From Nitrospirota bacterium (GTDB lineage Bacteria; Nitrospirota; Nitrospiria; Nitrospirales; NS-4): DNA of 64,000 bases. How positions within the stretch are numbered: the first letter of the stretch is position 1; the number at the start of each line of letters is the position of its first letter. Location of the stretch: assembly GCA_963788195.1 (NCBI GenBank), contig CAWBGA010000005.1, positions 96,001 to 160,000 of the forward strand, in the 5' to 3' direction. Shown piece by piece: positions 10,199 to 20,361 of the stretch. The position numbers and the translations under genes were made by a program. The notes under the pieces are model-generated. The model was not told the origin of the DNA. It ran no database searches and saw only the letters and a list, made by a program, of their open reading frames with translations.

Positions 10199-10906
10199 GT
10201 GACCCGCAGCATTGCGACCCTCCTTCTCATCGCCCAAGTGGTAGCTCTCACCGCCTGTGCCCAGTCTGCCCACCAGAGTGGTCAAGCCTGGTTTGACAAG
10301 CTGGTTCCGGCCGACCTGCGCCAGCAGGTCGACCGGTCAGTGTCTTTTTCGGAGTTGCAGGCGCACCCCGAGCAATATGAGGGCAAAATCGTTATGCTCG
10401 GAGGCGCCGTGCTTTCTGCGAAACGGCTTCAGGACCGTACTGAGATCGAGATTTTGGAATTACCCCTCACTGAAGCACTTGTACCTATGGGGGATCGGAT
10501 GCGGTCGCAAGGCCGTTTTCTTGCTGTCAAGACGGAATTTCTTGATCCGGCCACGGTGCGCACGGGCTCGCTGATTACAGTAATTGGAAGAATGATGGGG
10601 GCCTTCGAGAGACCGCTGGACGAGACCATATACAGATACCCCACGGTTGATATTCTCCACCTGATCGACTGGGAGAAGAGGCAACTGCCTTATGGATACT
10701 CAAGGGGCGGACCCTATCCTTATCCCGGAAGTTATTATGGATTTTATGGAGGTTACCGCGGCTTTTACGATCCCTACTCGCCCTACTACGGCGGCTACTA
10801 CCCCTACGGCGGCTATTACCCCTATCCCTACTTCTTTGGCGGTTCAGTGACTCCCGCTCCTCCGAGCCCGCCGCCGGCGCAGGTTCCTCCGCAGTTCAAG
10901 AAATAG
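10199..10906 (+). CDS. slp: Slp-family outer-membrane lipoprotein with Tyr/Pro/Gly-rich tail
   Basis: Lipobox LTAC; GKIVMLGG, TEIEILELPL, SQGRFLA, FLDPA. Confidence 0.85.
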   Translation: MTRSIATLLLIAQVVALTACAQSAHQSGQAWFDKLVPADLRQQVDRSVSFSELQAHPEQYEGKIVMLGGAVLSAKRLQDRTEIEILELPLTEALVPMGDRMRSQGRFLAVKTEFLDPATVRTGSLITVIGRMMGAFERPLDETIYRYPTVDILHLIDWEKRQLPYGYSRGGPYPYPGSYYGFYGGYRGFYDPYSPYYGGYYPYGGYYPYPYFFGGSVTPAPPSPPPAQVPPQFKK

Positions 10907-11071
10907 GTTCTTCGTATCCATCGTAGTCGGCGCATTTTTCAAGGTTCAACTGGAAGAATTCCCCTCGACTGTGCTACATCACCGGCGTCGCATTGCCGGT
11001 AAACCTCAAGGTCGGCTTGGTGAAGGCCATAGCTGACGCGGCTGAGGCGCGTGTGAAGCTTAAAAATCTAA

Positions 11072-11951
11072 TTGTTTGGCTGGATCATTGTTGAGTTTAC
11101 GAATCCTTTGAGATTCGCATGGCGTCTCTTAAGCAGGACGATCTCCAAGTTCATTAGGGACAACGGGTCTTTTCTTGCCGCCGGTCTTGCCTTTAATCTC
11201 CTGCTCTATTCCGTGCCCTTTCTGCTGCTGGTAATTTCCGTCCTGGCCTTCACGCTCGGAAGTTCCGAACGTGCTCTGCTCGATGTGCAACAAAGCGCCA
11301 AACAGCTTCTACCGGCGGCGAACGAGGCCGTGGTGAATACGCTTTCGAGGATCATTGACAATCGCAACCTGCTGGGCCTGGTTGCAGTACCCCTGTTTCT
11401 TGTGCTGAGCTCCGTGCTGTTCGGCGCCATTCGGCTGGTGCTCAATGTCGTATTCAAAGCGTCCGAAAACCCATCGTATATAAAACAGAAGCTGTCTGAT
11501 CTGATCTTGATAATCGTGGTCGCCTGCCTGGTGATTCTCAGCGTCGGGGCGGGCTCGTTACTCGCGATTTTGCAGGCGCTTGGGGAGAGCGTTCCCCTCA
11601 TTGGCGATTTTCTCAAGCCCGGATGGATCGTGGTTACACACGCGCTTGTCTTCTTCTTTACGGCCGCTCTCTTTTATACCCTTTACCGTTTTTCTCCCGA
11701 TGAAACCATCAGCCGCAGAGCTCTCGTCGTGTCCGCTCTCACAGGCGCGGCCATGTTTTCGTTGTCCAAGTGGGCATTCTCTTGGTATGTGGAGTTAGCC
11801 AAAGCGAGCACGCTCATTTATGACGCGCTGGCGGGAATCGTCTTTTATAACCTATGGCTTTATTATACGTCTGATCGTGTTTATCATCGGCGCGGAGGTC
11901 GGATGGGTCTTTGATCGCGAACGCCGTCGGCGCCACGATCATGACGCTTAG
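11072..11951 (+). CDS. YihY/BrkB family membrane protein, apparent frameshift near 11872
   Basis: AAGLAFNLLLYSVPFLL; LWLYYTS continues in the shifted frame as IVFIIGAEVG...* at 11951. Confidence 0.85.
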
Positions 11952-11998
11952 AAAATATTCCCCGGGCGAGGTCGCCCGGGGAACAGGAAAAGTCTCGT

Positions 11999-12316
11999 TC
12001 AGCCCTTCTGTGGTCCTCTGTTAAATGTTCTTTCGGCTTGGCGTCCCAATTGTTCGCCGGCCTCTCTGGCTTTGCCTTGAGCGCCTTCGAGGTATTCCTT
12101 TCCGCGGTCAATTCCAGCCTGGAGGTATTCCTTGCCGCTTTCGATCGCTGTGCCCATCTGATCCTTCGCCTTCTCGGCATAATCAGTCAGCCACTGGCGA
12201 GTCTCGGCACCGGAGCGCGGCGCGAGCAACATCGCAACACCAGCGCCGATAAGCGCACCGGCGAGAAAGGCAAAAACGGACGCCGAAGATTCGTTGGACT
12301 TGTCATACTCGTACAT
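11999..12316 (-). CDS. YtxH domain protein
   Basis: FLAGALIGAGVAMLLAPRSGAETR; AGGAGG RBS. Confidence 0.85.
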   Translation of the reverse strand: MYEYDKSNESSASVFAFLAGALIGAGVAMLLAPRSGAETRQWLTDYAEKAKDQMGTAIESGKEYLQAGIDRGKEYLEGAQGKAREAGEQLGRQAERTFNRGPQKG

Positions 12317-12345
12317 AACAGCTCCTCCTTGGTTTTGATCTGCTT

Positions 12346-12621
12346 TCATCGCATGGATCCTAGGTTTCTCGTCGGTTCCAGCACCTCTTCAACCGTTGTT
12401 TCAATATAGTGCTTTCCTCGTTGCACCATCTCCTCAACATACGTTTTTCCTGTTTCAAGCGCTGTCTCAATAATATCGTCAATGGCTGACGATGCGTAAT
12501 CTTTTAGTGAGGCCCGCAAATCCGAACCCGCACGAGGTGTTAACAGCACGCCGGCTACGACACCCACCATGACACCCGCGACAAAAGCGGCAGTCGCGGA
12601 ACGTTCGCTCCCCTCCATCAT
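12346..12621 (-). CDS. YtxH domain protein (tandem paralogue)
   Basis: FVAGVMVGVVAGVLLTPRAGSDLR; AAGGAGG RBS. Confidence 0.8.
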   Translation of the reverse strand: MMEGSERSATAAFVAGVMVGVVAGVLLTPRAGSDLRASLKDYASSAIDDIIETALETGKTYVEEMVQRGKHYIETTVEEVLEPTRNLGSMR

Positions 12622-12747
12622 AAGACACACCTCCTTCATTCGAGTCAGATGTTAGCTTCTAACAAGTCATTAGTACCAACAATAGACAAATTCCTCAAAA
12701 GAAACCCGAAATGTCTAACCTCTCATCATCCGTGCTATTTTACCGTT

Positions 12748-12897
12748 GAGCCTCTATCCCACTGGCCGGCTTTTCCGATTGCCCGGCCGATAGCCTAGCC
12801 GACCCACGATGCCAGGTTTGCAGCCCAAGACCACAAGGAAGGTCGAGAGAAGAAAAGGAACCGAAAGAGCGCCGGTTGCCGGGACGGGCAGAGTTCC
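12748..12897 (+). ncRNA. candidate rod-shaped structured RNA (6S-like architecture)
   Basis: Manual pairing of the 5' and 3' ends with a central bubble; TGcTATTTT extended -10 just upstream; no family match established. Confidence 0.3.
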
Positions 12898-13019
12898 GGA
12901 TATCCAATCTTGGAGGCATGCATTCGACACCGGTGTAGCGGTTTGCTCCGCAGACACATATAGTACTCCCGTAGGTAACCCAAAGACTCTAACAGATGAC
13001 GTACAATTGGGCACCCAGG

Positions 13020-13400
13020 GGAGAAGAAGTCTGTCTTGGCAGACTTCAGGGCGGGCGGGAGAAATAGCTCGGAAGAGCTCGGGGGCAAAAGAGAGGCTGC
13101 CCGGCGGCCTCAAATGGTGGGTGCAAAAGGGAAAAGAAGTCTGTCTTGGCAGATTTCAGGGCTTGGGTGGGTGTAAGTAGGGAGGGACGATTTGTCCGGG
13201 GCCGAAGATTCCAGGGCGCCGTTGCCTTTCATGGGTGAGATTCCAGGGCGAGCTGTATGGCATGTGACAGATACAAATCAGAGGAAGAGAAGACTATCCC
13301 GGCGGCCTTAAATAATCATCAGGCCCATGGGCAAGGCGACTCGTCCTGGCGAGTTCGGGGGTGGGCTGGGTGTAGGGGCGAGCAAGCCGGGCGGGTGAAA
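13020..13400 (+). repeat. cluster of GTCTTGGC-core hairpin/G-tail repeat modules
   Basis: Copies at 13026, 13136 and 13338, plus an ACTATCCCGGCGGCCTTAAATAATC module shared with ~17629. Confidence 0.8.
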
Positions 13401-13414
13401 AGGAAAGAATAGGG

Positions 13415-14041
13415 ATGGGTGTTTGCATCCAAAGGAAGATTTTTTTGCTCTCACCGGCATTGATGAACGGGGTCCGGGCAAAACAGCTCATGTCCCCCCG
13501 AGCCAGATTCACGGCTGCCGAATCCTTTCGATCGGCAGAGGGTGTCGCAATCGCGGACGCCTTTTCCTTCATGAGCTGTTTGTACTTCCGGGGAAAGATT
13601 GCTTACGCGAAGCAGTTCGCCTCTCCTCCACTGGGTTGGACCGGCTCGGGCACGTACATCATTACGCCTGGATTTGGGCTGGTGCCTCCGGACTGGAATC
13701 TGAATGCCGCACGGATGCGGCGACTCCAGCAGACGCCGGTGGATCCGAAGAGCCGCGCCTATCGCGAGCCGCTCGAAGACCATTCGCTAGCGCTGGCTGA
13801 AAGGATCGGTCAGCTGGACCGAGAAGCTAGGGTGGTGCTGTTGGGAAGCATCGCCACAGGAAAGTATATCGATCTTCTCTGGCCGATCTTTCAAGAACGG
13901 CTGCTCTACCCCCGATCGTTCGCCGGTATCGGCGATATGAGCCGCGGCGCCCTGATGCTACGCGCCGCCAGAAGCGGAGAGGAGTTGGACTATGATCCGG
14001 TCGAAGCCGTCCTGTTCAAAGATTCCCGCAAGGCGTTATGA
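13415..14041 (+). CDS. uncharacterised protein, possibly YaaA/DUF6884-like
   Basis: 208-aa ORF with ATGA overlap into the LigD-Pol gene; IFLLSPA, LYFRG, IITPGFGL, LLGSIATGKY motifs. Confidence 0.7.
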   Translation: MGVCIQRKIFLLSPALMNGVRAKQLMSPRARFTAAESFRSAEGVAIADAFSFMSCLYFRGKIAYAKQFASPPLGWTGSGTYIITPGFGLVPPDWNLNAARMRRLQQTPVDPKSRAYREPLEDHSLALAERIGQLDREARVVLLGSIATGKYIDLLWPIFQERLLYPRSFAGIGDMSRGALMLRAARSGEELDYDPVEAVLFKDSRKAL

Positions 14042-15015
14042 ATAAGCTTCGCGTGCCGACTGATCGAGATAATGCAACCATCGAGGTCGCGGGACGCACT
14101 GTTCATCTGACTAATCTTCGAAAGCCTTTCTGGAAGACATTGCAATTGACCAAGGGCGATCTCATCCAGTACTACGCCGATGTAGCGCGTTGGCTTCTCC
14201 CGCATCTCGCTGACCGTCCGATGGTGATGAAACGATACCCGAACGGCGCTGAAGGGGAGTTCTTTTACATGAAGCGGGCACCCGTACCGCGCCCCGACTG
14301 GATCCGGATCTGCTCGATTCCGCATAAGTCGTCGAACGTCATTGACTTCCCACTCGTGCAGGACCTGCCCGCGCTGCTGTGGATGGTGAACCTTGGCTGC
14401 ATCGATCTCCATCCATGGTATGGCCGCTGTGATGATTGGGACCGACCTGATTTTCTTCACTTCGATCTGGATCCCGTGGAGGGTGCGGATTTTCGGGGCA
14501 TCTGCGAAGTGGCCTTACACGTGAGAGACATGCTGGACGGTTTGCGTATGCCGAACTACCCCAAGACGACCGGCTCGCGCGGCATTCATGTGTATGTCCC
14601 GATCAGGCGTGGCCCTGTGCAAAAGGAGGTCTGGGGAGTCGCAAAAGCTTTGGCATTCGACCTTGCCGCGCGCTTTCCGAAAATTATCACGGCGGAGTAC
14701 CGCGTGGCGAAGCGCCCGCATGGGCGCGTCCTCGTCGACTATAATCAGAATGCGTGGGGGCAAACACTGGCGTCGATCTACTCCGTGCGTCCTACATCGG
14801 CGGCGACGGTATCTACCCCCATCTCCTGGGAAGAGGTACAACACGGCGTCACAATCGAAGAGTTTCGACTCGAAAACATTCGTGCGCGCTTGAACGAGCG
14901 AGGCGATCTATGGAGGCCGTTGCTGGGCTCAGAGCGCTATGACCTGGGTCCTGTGGTAACCGCTCTCAAAGTCAGCCGCCCTCGCAGCGCAAAACGGCAG
15001 TCTTCGGCGGCGTGA
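14038..15015 (+). CDS. stand-alone LigD polymerase/primase (AEP) domain protein
   Basis: KRYPNG, FFYMK, HFDLDP, KTTGSRGIHVYVP, VLVDYNQN, YSVRP, VSTPISWEE; no ligase or phosphoesterase domain. Confidence 0.92.
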   Translation: MNKLRVPTDRDNATIEVAGRTVHLTNLRKPFWKTLQLTKGDLIQYYADVARWLLPHLADRPMVMKRYPNGAEGEFFYMKRAPVPRPDWIRICSIPHKSSNVIDFPLVQDLPALLWMVNLGCIDLHPWYGRCDDWDRPDFLHFDLDPVEGADFRGICEVALHVRDMLDGLRMPNYPKTTGSRGIHVYVPIRRGPVQKEVWGVAKALAFDLAARFPKIITAEYRVAKRPHGRVLVDYNQNAWGQTLASIYSVRPTSAATVSTPISWEEVQHGVTIEEFRLENIRARLNERGDLWRPLLGSERYDLGPVVTALKVSRPRSAKRQSSAA

Positions 15016-15034
15016 CGCGATAGGATCTGCGGCG

Positions 15035-15445
15035 ATGAAGAGAATACAGATCGTTATGCTCGGCGCTCTGCTAGGGCTCGCACAGCAGCTTTCTGCCGGG
15101 AAAGGAGAGGAAGTCGTACTCATACCGGACGCAGATGGGGTACAGCGTGTCACAATGATGGCCGACAATTATTTTTATAAACCTGATCGCCTCGTGGTTC
15201 GGCTGGGGAGCCCCGTCGAGGTCACCTTGGTAAGCCAGACGGTTCTGACGCCGCATAATTTTGTGATCAAAGAACCGGCTGCGGGTATCGACATCAATCA
15301 CAATGTCCCTGCGGGTGAGACCGTTAAGGTCCGCTTCACACCGACGCAGGCGGGTGTCTATGCTTTTTACTGTGACAAGAAGCTCTTGTTCTTCAAGAGC
15401 CACCGCGAAAAAGGCATGGAAGGTTCCTTGAAGGTGCAGCAGTAA
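15035..15445 (+). CDS. secreted cupredoxin-domain protein
   Basis: Signal peptide; PHNF ... FYC-x9-HREKGMEG type-1 copper-like ligands. Confidence 0.85.
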   Translation: MKRIQIVMLGALLGLAQQLSAGKGEEVVLIPDADGVQRVTMMADNYFYKPDRLVVRLGSPVEVTLVSQTVLTPHNFVIKEPAAGIDINHNVPAGETVKVRFTPTQAGVYAFYCDKKLLFFKSHREKGMEGSLKVQQ

Positions 15446-15511
15446 CACTTAAGCTAACGCTCAAATCTAAAGGATACTTGGGTTTACTACTTCCCTCCCA
15501 TAAAATGTCCG

Positions 15512-16531
15512 ATGAAAAACTTCAGAGTTGTTATTTTAATCGTCATCGCCGTGCTTGCCACGGCGGTTGGAATGGTCCGCGCCGATGAAGTCATCCTGAA
15601 GAACGGCGACCGCCTGTCAGGCAGCATCGTCAAAATGGGCGAAGGAAGCTTGGTATTGAAAACCTCCTACGCCGGAGAGATAAAGATCGATTGGAAAGAA
15701 GTCCAGGGCTTCACTTCTGCGGCCCCTGCGAAGGTGCAGACCCTGGACGGCTCAATTCTTACGGGCGTTGTGACATCGCCGTCACCGGAGCGCATTGTCG
15801 TCACGGGTGATCAATTCGGGCCGACCATGGAGATTCCATTGACGAGCATTCAGGCGATCAATCCCCCGCCGATGGTCAGGCACAGCGGAGCATTCAACCT
15901 GGGTGGCGTCATAGCGAAAGGTAATTCGGATTCCAAGGCGATCAACGCTTCCCTGCTCTATTCTCTCCGTGCCGACAGGCATCGCTTCGGAATAGAGGGG
16001 AAATACAATTATGGCGAACAAGACGGAACGATTAATGTGCGCAACTACCTCGGCCAACTGACATACGATTTTTTTATTACCAAGCGCGTCTTTTGGGATA
16101 TTTTTGCATTATTTGAACAGGACACCTTGCAGGACCTAAACCTGCGCAGCACTTTCGGAACAGGCCCCGGCTACCAATTTATCGACACTCAACGGACCCA
16201 GCTGTCGGGAACCGTTGGCGTGGCTTTTGTCAACGAAGATTGGCGAACGAGAGAAGATACCAATACTGCAGCGGGCCGCTGGGGCGTGAAATTCAAGACG
16301 GCCCTGATCCCTGACCGCCTCATTTTGTTCCACCGCCAGGAGGGCTTCTACGATTTTGATGCGCCGAACGCATGGCGGTTGCGGGCCGACCAGGGTTTTC
16401 AAGTCCCGGTGTACAAGGGATTTGCCGTAAACCTGGAATACGACTTGCGGTACAACAGTAATCCGGCGCCCAGCAGAAAGCAGACCGATCATCTGTTTAT
16501 CGTCGGTGTCAGCTACCTCTTGCCTGAGTGA
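15512..16531 (+). CDS. DUF481 (YdiY-like) outer-membrane beta-barrel
   Basis: ADEVILKNGDRLSG, KGNSD, DLNLRSTFGTGPGYQF, YNSNPAP...TD. Confidence 0.85.
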   Translation: MKNFRVVILIVIAVLATAVGMVRADEVILKNGDRLSGSIVKMGEGSLVLKTSYAGEIKIDWKEVQGFTSAAPAKVQTLDGSILTGVVTSPSPERIVVTGDQFGPTMEIPLTSIQAINPPPMVRHSGAFNLGGVIAKGNSDSKAINASLLYSLRADRHRFGIEGKYNYGEQDGTINVRNYLGQLTYDFFITKRVFWDIFALFEQDTLQDLNLRSTFGTGPGYQFIDTQRTQLSGTVGVAFVNEDWRTREDTNTAAGRWGVKFKTALIPDRLILFHRQEGFYDFDAPNAWRLRADQGFQVPVYKGFAVNLEYDLRYNSNPAPSRKQTDHLFIVGVSYLLPE

Positions 16532-17560
16532 CGATCAGTGGCACCGACTCCCACCGCAGCGCGCCGTCGCGACTCCGGTAAAGGCCGGTGCCGTTCGTTC
16601 CAGCATAGATCGTGCTCGGGTTCGAAGGACTGACCGCCAAGGATCGGATGTTCAAGCTCCCGAGACCGTCGTTGTGAACGTTCCAAGTGGTGCCGTGATC
16701 GGTACTCTTATAGATCCCCTTGCGGCCGGCCGCATAGAGTACGCCGCCAGGATCCACAGCAAGTGCGATGATCATCTGATCGGCGAGGCTCTGAGCGATC
16801 CGGGACCATGACCGGGCGCCATCAGTGGTCTTATACAGGCCAGCGAGGGTCGCCGCGTAAATGGTGGCCGGTCGTAGCGACGTGGCGGGATCGATGACGA
16901 CCGAATTTACCATGAGCGCGCGCGAAGAAGACAACAGGTCGGGAGAAATGAGTCCCAGGTTGGCCTTCTCCCAGCGTCGACCCATGTCCACAGACTTGTA
17001 TACCCCCCCGCTTGTGCCGGCATACATTACCTGTGGGGACACCGGGTCGATAGCAACGGTGACCACCATCAAGATGTCTGTCATGCCCTCCATACGTTTC
17101 TTCCAGACGTCGCCCCCGTCGGATGATTCAAAAATCCCCATGCTTGTTGCCGCAAATAGGTGATCGTCGCTGAGGGGATCGAACACTAATTGATTCACGA
17201 CTGATGTTATTGTTACGTCTTCGAGACCGTTGTTTTTTCCCACCCAGCGTTGGCCCCCGTCATAGCTTTTGTAGACGGCATCGCCCTTCGTGCCCGCGTA
17301 GACGATCGCTGGAGAAGTTGGGTCGATCGCGATCGAGATTACGCGCGAATGGCTCATGCCGCCTGTAATCTTTTCCCAGGTTTCCCCTTCATCGCGCGTC
17401 TTATAGACATATTCGTTTGTGGCGATGTAGAGAATGTCCGGCTTGGCGGGATGCGGCGCGATGACGACAATGGCGTCATCGCGTGAGCCGCACGCGGCGA
17501 TCAGAAACGCGAAGACAAGGCCTGCCGTGATAGCCCAGGGGCGAAGGAATCTGTCCCACG
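16509..17560 (-). CDS. BNR/Asp-box beta-propeller lipoprotein (Ycf48/VPS10-like); start uncertain
   Basis: Repeated YKS.DGG..W Asp-boxes; lipobox IAAC; the upstream part of the 495-aa ORF is translated repeat DNA. Confidence 0.8.
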
Positions 17561-17566
17561 GGACAA

Positions 17567-17855
17567 GGCGCTGTCTTGGCAGCGCCGGGGTGGGTGGGTG
17601 TGAATGAGATGAAGGAACAGGAGAAGAAACTATCCCGGCGGCCTTAAATAATCTCAGGCCTTCGGGTCGAGCAAGCTTTGCTTGGCGGGCGGGTGTAAGG
17701 GGAAAAGGACTTTGTCCGGGGCACCCCTTGCCTTCACTTGCAAGGGGTCGAGTAGTCCAGGGTGGGCCGGGTGTAAGGGGAAAAGGACTTTGTCCGGGGC
17801 ACCCCTTGCCTTCACTTGCAAGGGGTCGAGTAGTCCAGGGTGGGCCGGGTGTAAT
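17567..17855 (+). repeat. repeat cluster including a 78-bp tandem duplication
   Basis: Unit GGGTGTAAGGGGAAAAGGACTTTGTCCGGGGCACCCCTTGC...AGTCCAGGGTGGGCC at 17691 and 17769, partial at 17847; hairpin copy at 17567. Confidence 0.85.
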
Positions 17856-18005
17856 GGGTATCGGAGAAATTCTGATTCCGGACGGGCCCCCGTGGCGTTG
17901 TCTCATCGGAAAGAGTGTAGCACCTTGGCATCCAAAGATCCGCGTCATCACCGTCGAGCAACCGGCTAAGCCACGTGGTGTCAAGCTTGCGCCCATCTCT
18001 GCCCC

Positions 18006-19115
18006 GTGAGTATGATGAAGGTGGTATCCATGTCACGATCCTTCACCCTTGTCGGTCTCGCGGTCATGAGCATTCTCGCGCTTGCGCCGGGAAATCCGGA
18101 GGCCGATGACAGCATTCTGGCTACTGTGGGCGACCGCGCGGTCACGGCGCGTGAGATCGAGCAGAGCTTGGTCATACCCCTGTTCGATCTTGAAATGGAG
18201 AGGTACCGCCTGGTCCGCAGACGTCTCGATCAGAAGATCGCCGACGAGCTTCTTGCGAATGCAGCGGCTGCCGCAGGAAAATCCGTGTCCGTCTATGTGA
18301 CGGAGCAAATCCAACCACTCTTAGCAACCGTGTCCGACGAAGACGTTGAAGCCCGGTATCGGCAGGTCCGTGAGCAGGCGCGAAATGAGCCGGCCGTGGA
18401 TGCGCGCAACACATCAGAAGCCGATACGCCGGAACTTGTCAGACAGCAGATCCGGAATGTGCTCCTGCGAGAACGCGCGACTCAGGGGCTGCACCGCCTG
18501 CTTCAGCGCTTATCGGCGGAGGCGAAGGTCTCGATGGAACTTCGCCCGCCAGATCCGCCTATGATCCAGCTTTCCGAGGGGAACGATCCGTCGCTCGGGC
18601 CGGTGTCTGCAGCTGTCACGATCGTCGAATATGCAGACTTCGAATGTCCCGCTTGCAGGGAGAGCGTTGCAGTTCTCAAACAACTTACAAATCTGTACCC
18701 CGGCCAGGTCCGCCTGGTACATCGCGACCTTCCGCTGCCTGCGCATCCTGGAGCCCAACCTGCCGCCGAGGCGGCGCACTGCGCCTACGAGCAGGGAGAA
18801 TTTTGGGCCTATCATGACGCCCTCTTCTCACATGCACCGCCGGTTGACCACTTGAAACTCGCGAAAGATCTCCAACTCGATACAAAGGCCTTTCACAGTT
18901 GCCTGTCGAGCGGCCGCCCGCAAGCGGCCGTGTCGAAGGACATTCAGGAGGCTCGGCGATTGGGAATCAGCGGGACGCCGACATTTTTCGTCAACGGTCG
19001 CTACTTGAGCGGGTTTCAAACCTTGGAGGCCCTGCGAGCGGCCGTGGACCGGGAGCTCATCAGCCCTGCTGCACTCATGAGAACGCCGCTTCGAGAGGAT
19101 GCCATCCCACAATGA
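18006..19115 (+). CDS. DsbA-like thioredoxin with SurA-like N-terminal region
   Basis: EYADFECPAC, RDLPLPAH, GISGTPTFFVNG. Confidence 0.9.
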   Translation: MSMMKVVSMSRSFTLVGLAVMSILALAPGNPEADDSILATVGDRAVTAREIEQSLVIPLFDLEMERYRLVRRRLDQKIADELLANAAAAAGKSVSVYVTEQIQPLLATVSDEDVEARYRQVREQARNEPAVDARNTSEADTPELVRQQIRNVLLRERATQGLHRLLQRLSAEAKVSMELRPPDPPMIQLSEGNDPSLGPVSAAVTIVEYADFECPACRESVAVLKQLTNLYPGQVRLVHRDLPLPAHPGAQPAAEAAHCAYEQGEFWAYHDALFSHAPPVDHLKLAKDLQLDTKAFHSCLSSGRPQAAVSKDIQEARRLGISGTPTFFVNGRYLSGFQTLEALRAAVDRELISPAALMRTPLREDAIPQ

Positions 19116-19666
19116 GTCTTGCGCGACAGATCACCACCTGCATGCTCCCAACGCTTGTCTCCATGGCTTTGGCGTGGCAAGCGCATGCCGGCGCTGCGTA
19201 TCCTAGCGTCGCGCTGCTCGATCCGGTCAGCGAGAAAGGCGCGGTGGGCCTGTTCAATAAAATCGTCACCGCCCGCGGTGCCGAAATCGATCCGGCGCAG
19301 GCGGGCTATCATATGATTCGCGCCACCGGGGCGACCACGACATTTCCCCCGGACACTCCCGAGATCTATGTCGTGATGGAGTTGAAACAGTCCGCGTTCG
19401 ACATGTTTGAGTTGCTCGCGCGTTTCATTCTGGAAGATCCGGATGGTAAGCCTGTCGGGAGGCTTCTACATATCGACCGCGCGCATTTTGAGTTTTCGGA
19501 CACCGGAGGATACGTGATGATGAAACAGCCGGCGGGCGGCTTTCCGGTCGGGAACTATCGCGTGGAGATTCATTACGGCGAGCAAGTCAACGACATTAGT
19601 CTTCTGACCCTGGTACGATTTAAGGTGCTTCCGGGCGAAGCCACGACCACGACACCTCCTCGGTAG
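19112..19666 (+). CDS. secreted hypothetical protein (Ig-like)
   Basis: ATGA overlap; signal peptide ...QAHA; FPPDTPEIYV and FPVGNYRVEIH. Confidence 0.65.
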   Translation: MSLARQITTCMLPTLVSMALAWQAHAGAAYPSVALLDPVSEKGAVGLFNKIVTARGAEIDPAQAGYHMIRATGATTTFPPDTPEIYVVMELKQSAFDMFELLARFILEDPDGKPVGRLLHIDRAHFEFSDTGGYVMMKQPAGGFPVGNYRVEIHYGEQVNDISLLTLVRFKVLPGEATTTTPPR

Positions 19667-19671
19667 CGCGC

Positions 19672-20151
19672 ATGGGATCCTCTATGACCGGACAAGACAT
19701 GACGGTGAGGCCGGCGCGTGTGTCTGATCTTGAGACGTTGGTCCGGTTCAGCGCCGCAATGGCTGAAGAGACGGAAGGCCGAACACTGGATCTGGAACGT
19801 CTTCGCCAAGGCACGGCCGCGGTGTTGGCGTCATCGGAGCACGGGTATTATCTGGTGGCGGAAATGACGTCGCAGGTCATTGCGCAATTATTGCTCACCT
19901 ATGAATGGAGCGACTGGCGAAACGGTGTGTTCTGGTGGATTCAGAGCGTGTATGTTGAGCCGACCATGCGGAGGCGCGGGGTCTACCGAACGATGCATGA
20001 GTATGTATTGCGGGATGCGCACCGTCGCGCGGATGTCTGCGGCATCCGCCTGTATGTCGCCAAGAACAATGGGGAGGCTCAAGCGGCGTACGTCCGATCA
20101 GGAATGGGCCTGACCTCATATCAGGTGTACGAGCAGGATTTTATCTTGTAA
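19672..20151 (+). CDS. GNAT acetyltransferase
   Basis: EWSDWRNG..WWIQSVYV.P..RRRGVY, RLYV...N..AQ..Y. Confidence 0.9.
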   Translation: MGSSMTGQDMTVRPARVSDLETLVRFSAAMAEETEGRTLDLERLRQGTAAVLASSEHGYYLVAEMTSQVIAQLLLTYEWSDWRNGVFWWIQSVYVEPTMRRRGVYRTMHEYVLRDAHRRADVCGIRLYVAKNNGEAQAAYVRSGMGLTSYQVYEQDFIL

Positions 20152-20241
20152 ACCTTGCCGGCATTCGGCAGAGAATAGATGGACGCAATCTTGACTTTGA
20201 AGGCACGTTACGATAGATAGCGAGTACTTCCTGTCTTTTCT

Positions 20242-20324
20242 GCGAGAGTGGCGGAACTGGCAGACGCGCGAGACTTAGGATCTCGTGGGCAACCGTGGGG
20301 GTTCAAATCCCCCCTCTCGCACCA
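20242..20324 (+). tRNA. tRNA-Leu (anticodon TAG)
   Basis: GCGAGAG acceptor stem, CGAGA-CTTAGGA-TCTCG anticodon arm, long variable arm, GTTCAAATC T-loop, ACCA end; upstream of tig. Confidence 0.95.
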
Positions 20325-20361
20325 TTTCTCGCACAATGATGAATAACCTTAGGGCCGAGGC

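Noticed and set aside
12805..12845. SRP (4.5S) RNA from GCCAGG...GCAGC
   Set aside because: Lacks the CAGG-stem-GGAA-stem-AGCAGC domain IV arrangement.
17691..17855. 78-bp tandem repeat as a CRISPR array or as coding repeats of the 495-aa ORF
   Set aside because: Units are identical with no unique spacers and no cas genes. The open frame follows from 78 being divisible by 3, and the propeller protein's lipobox lies downstream of the repeats.
20242..20324. tRNA-Leu as the attachment site of an integrated element
   Set aside because: No integrase and no repeat of the tRNA 3' end noticed; tig follows directly.
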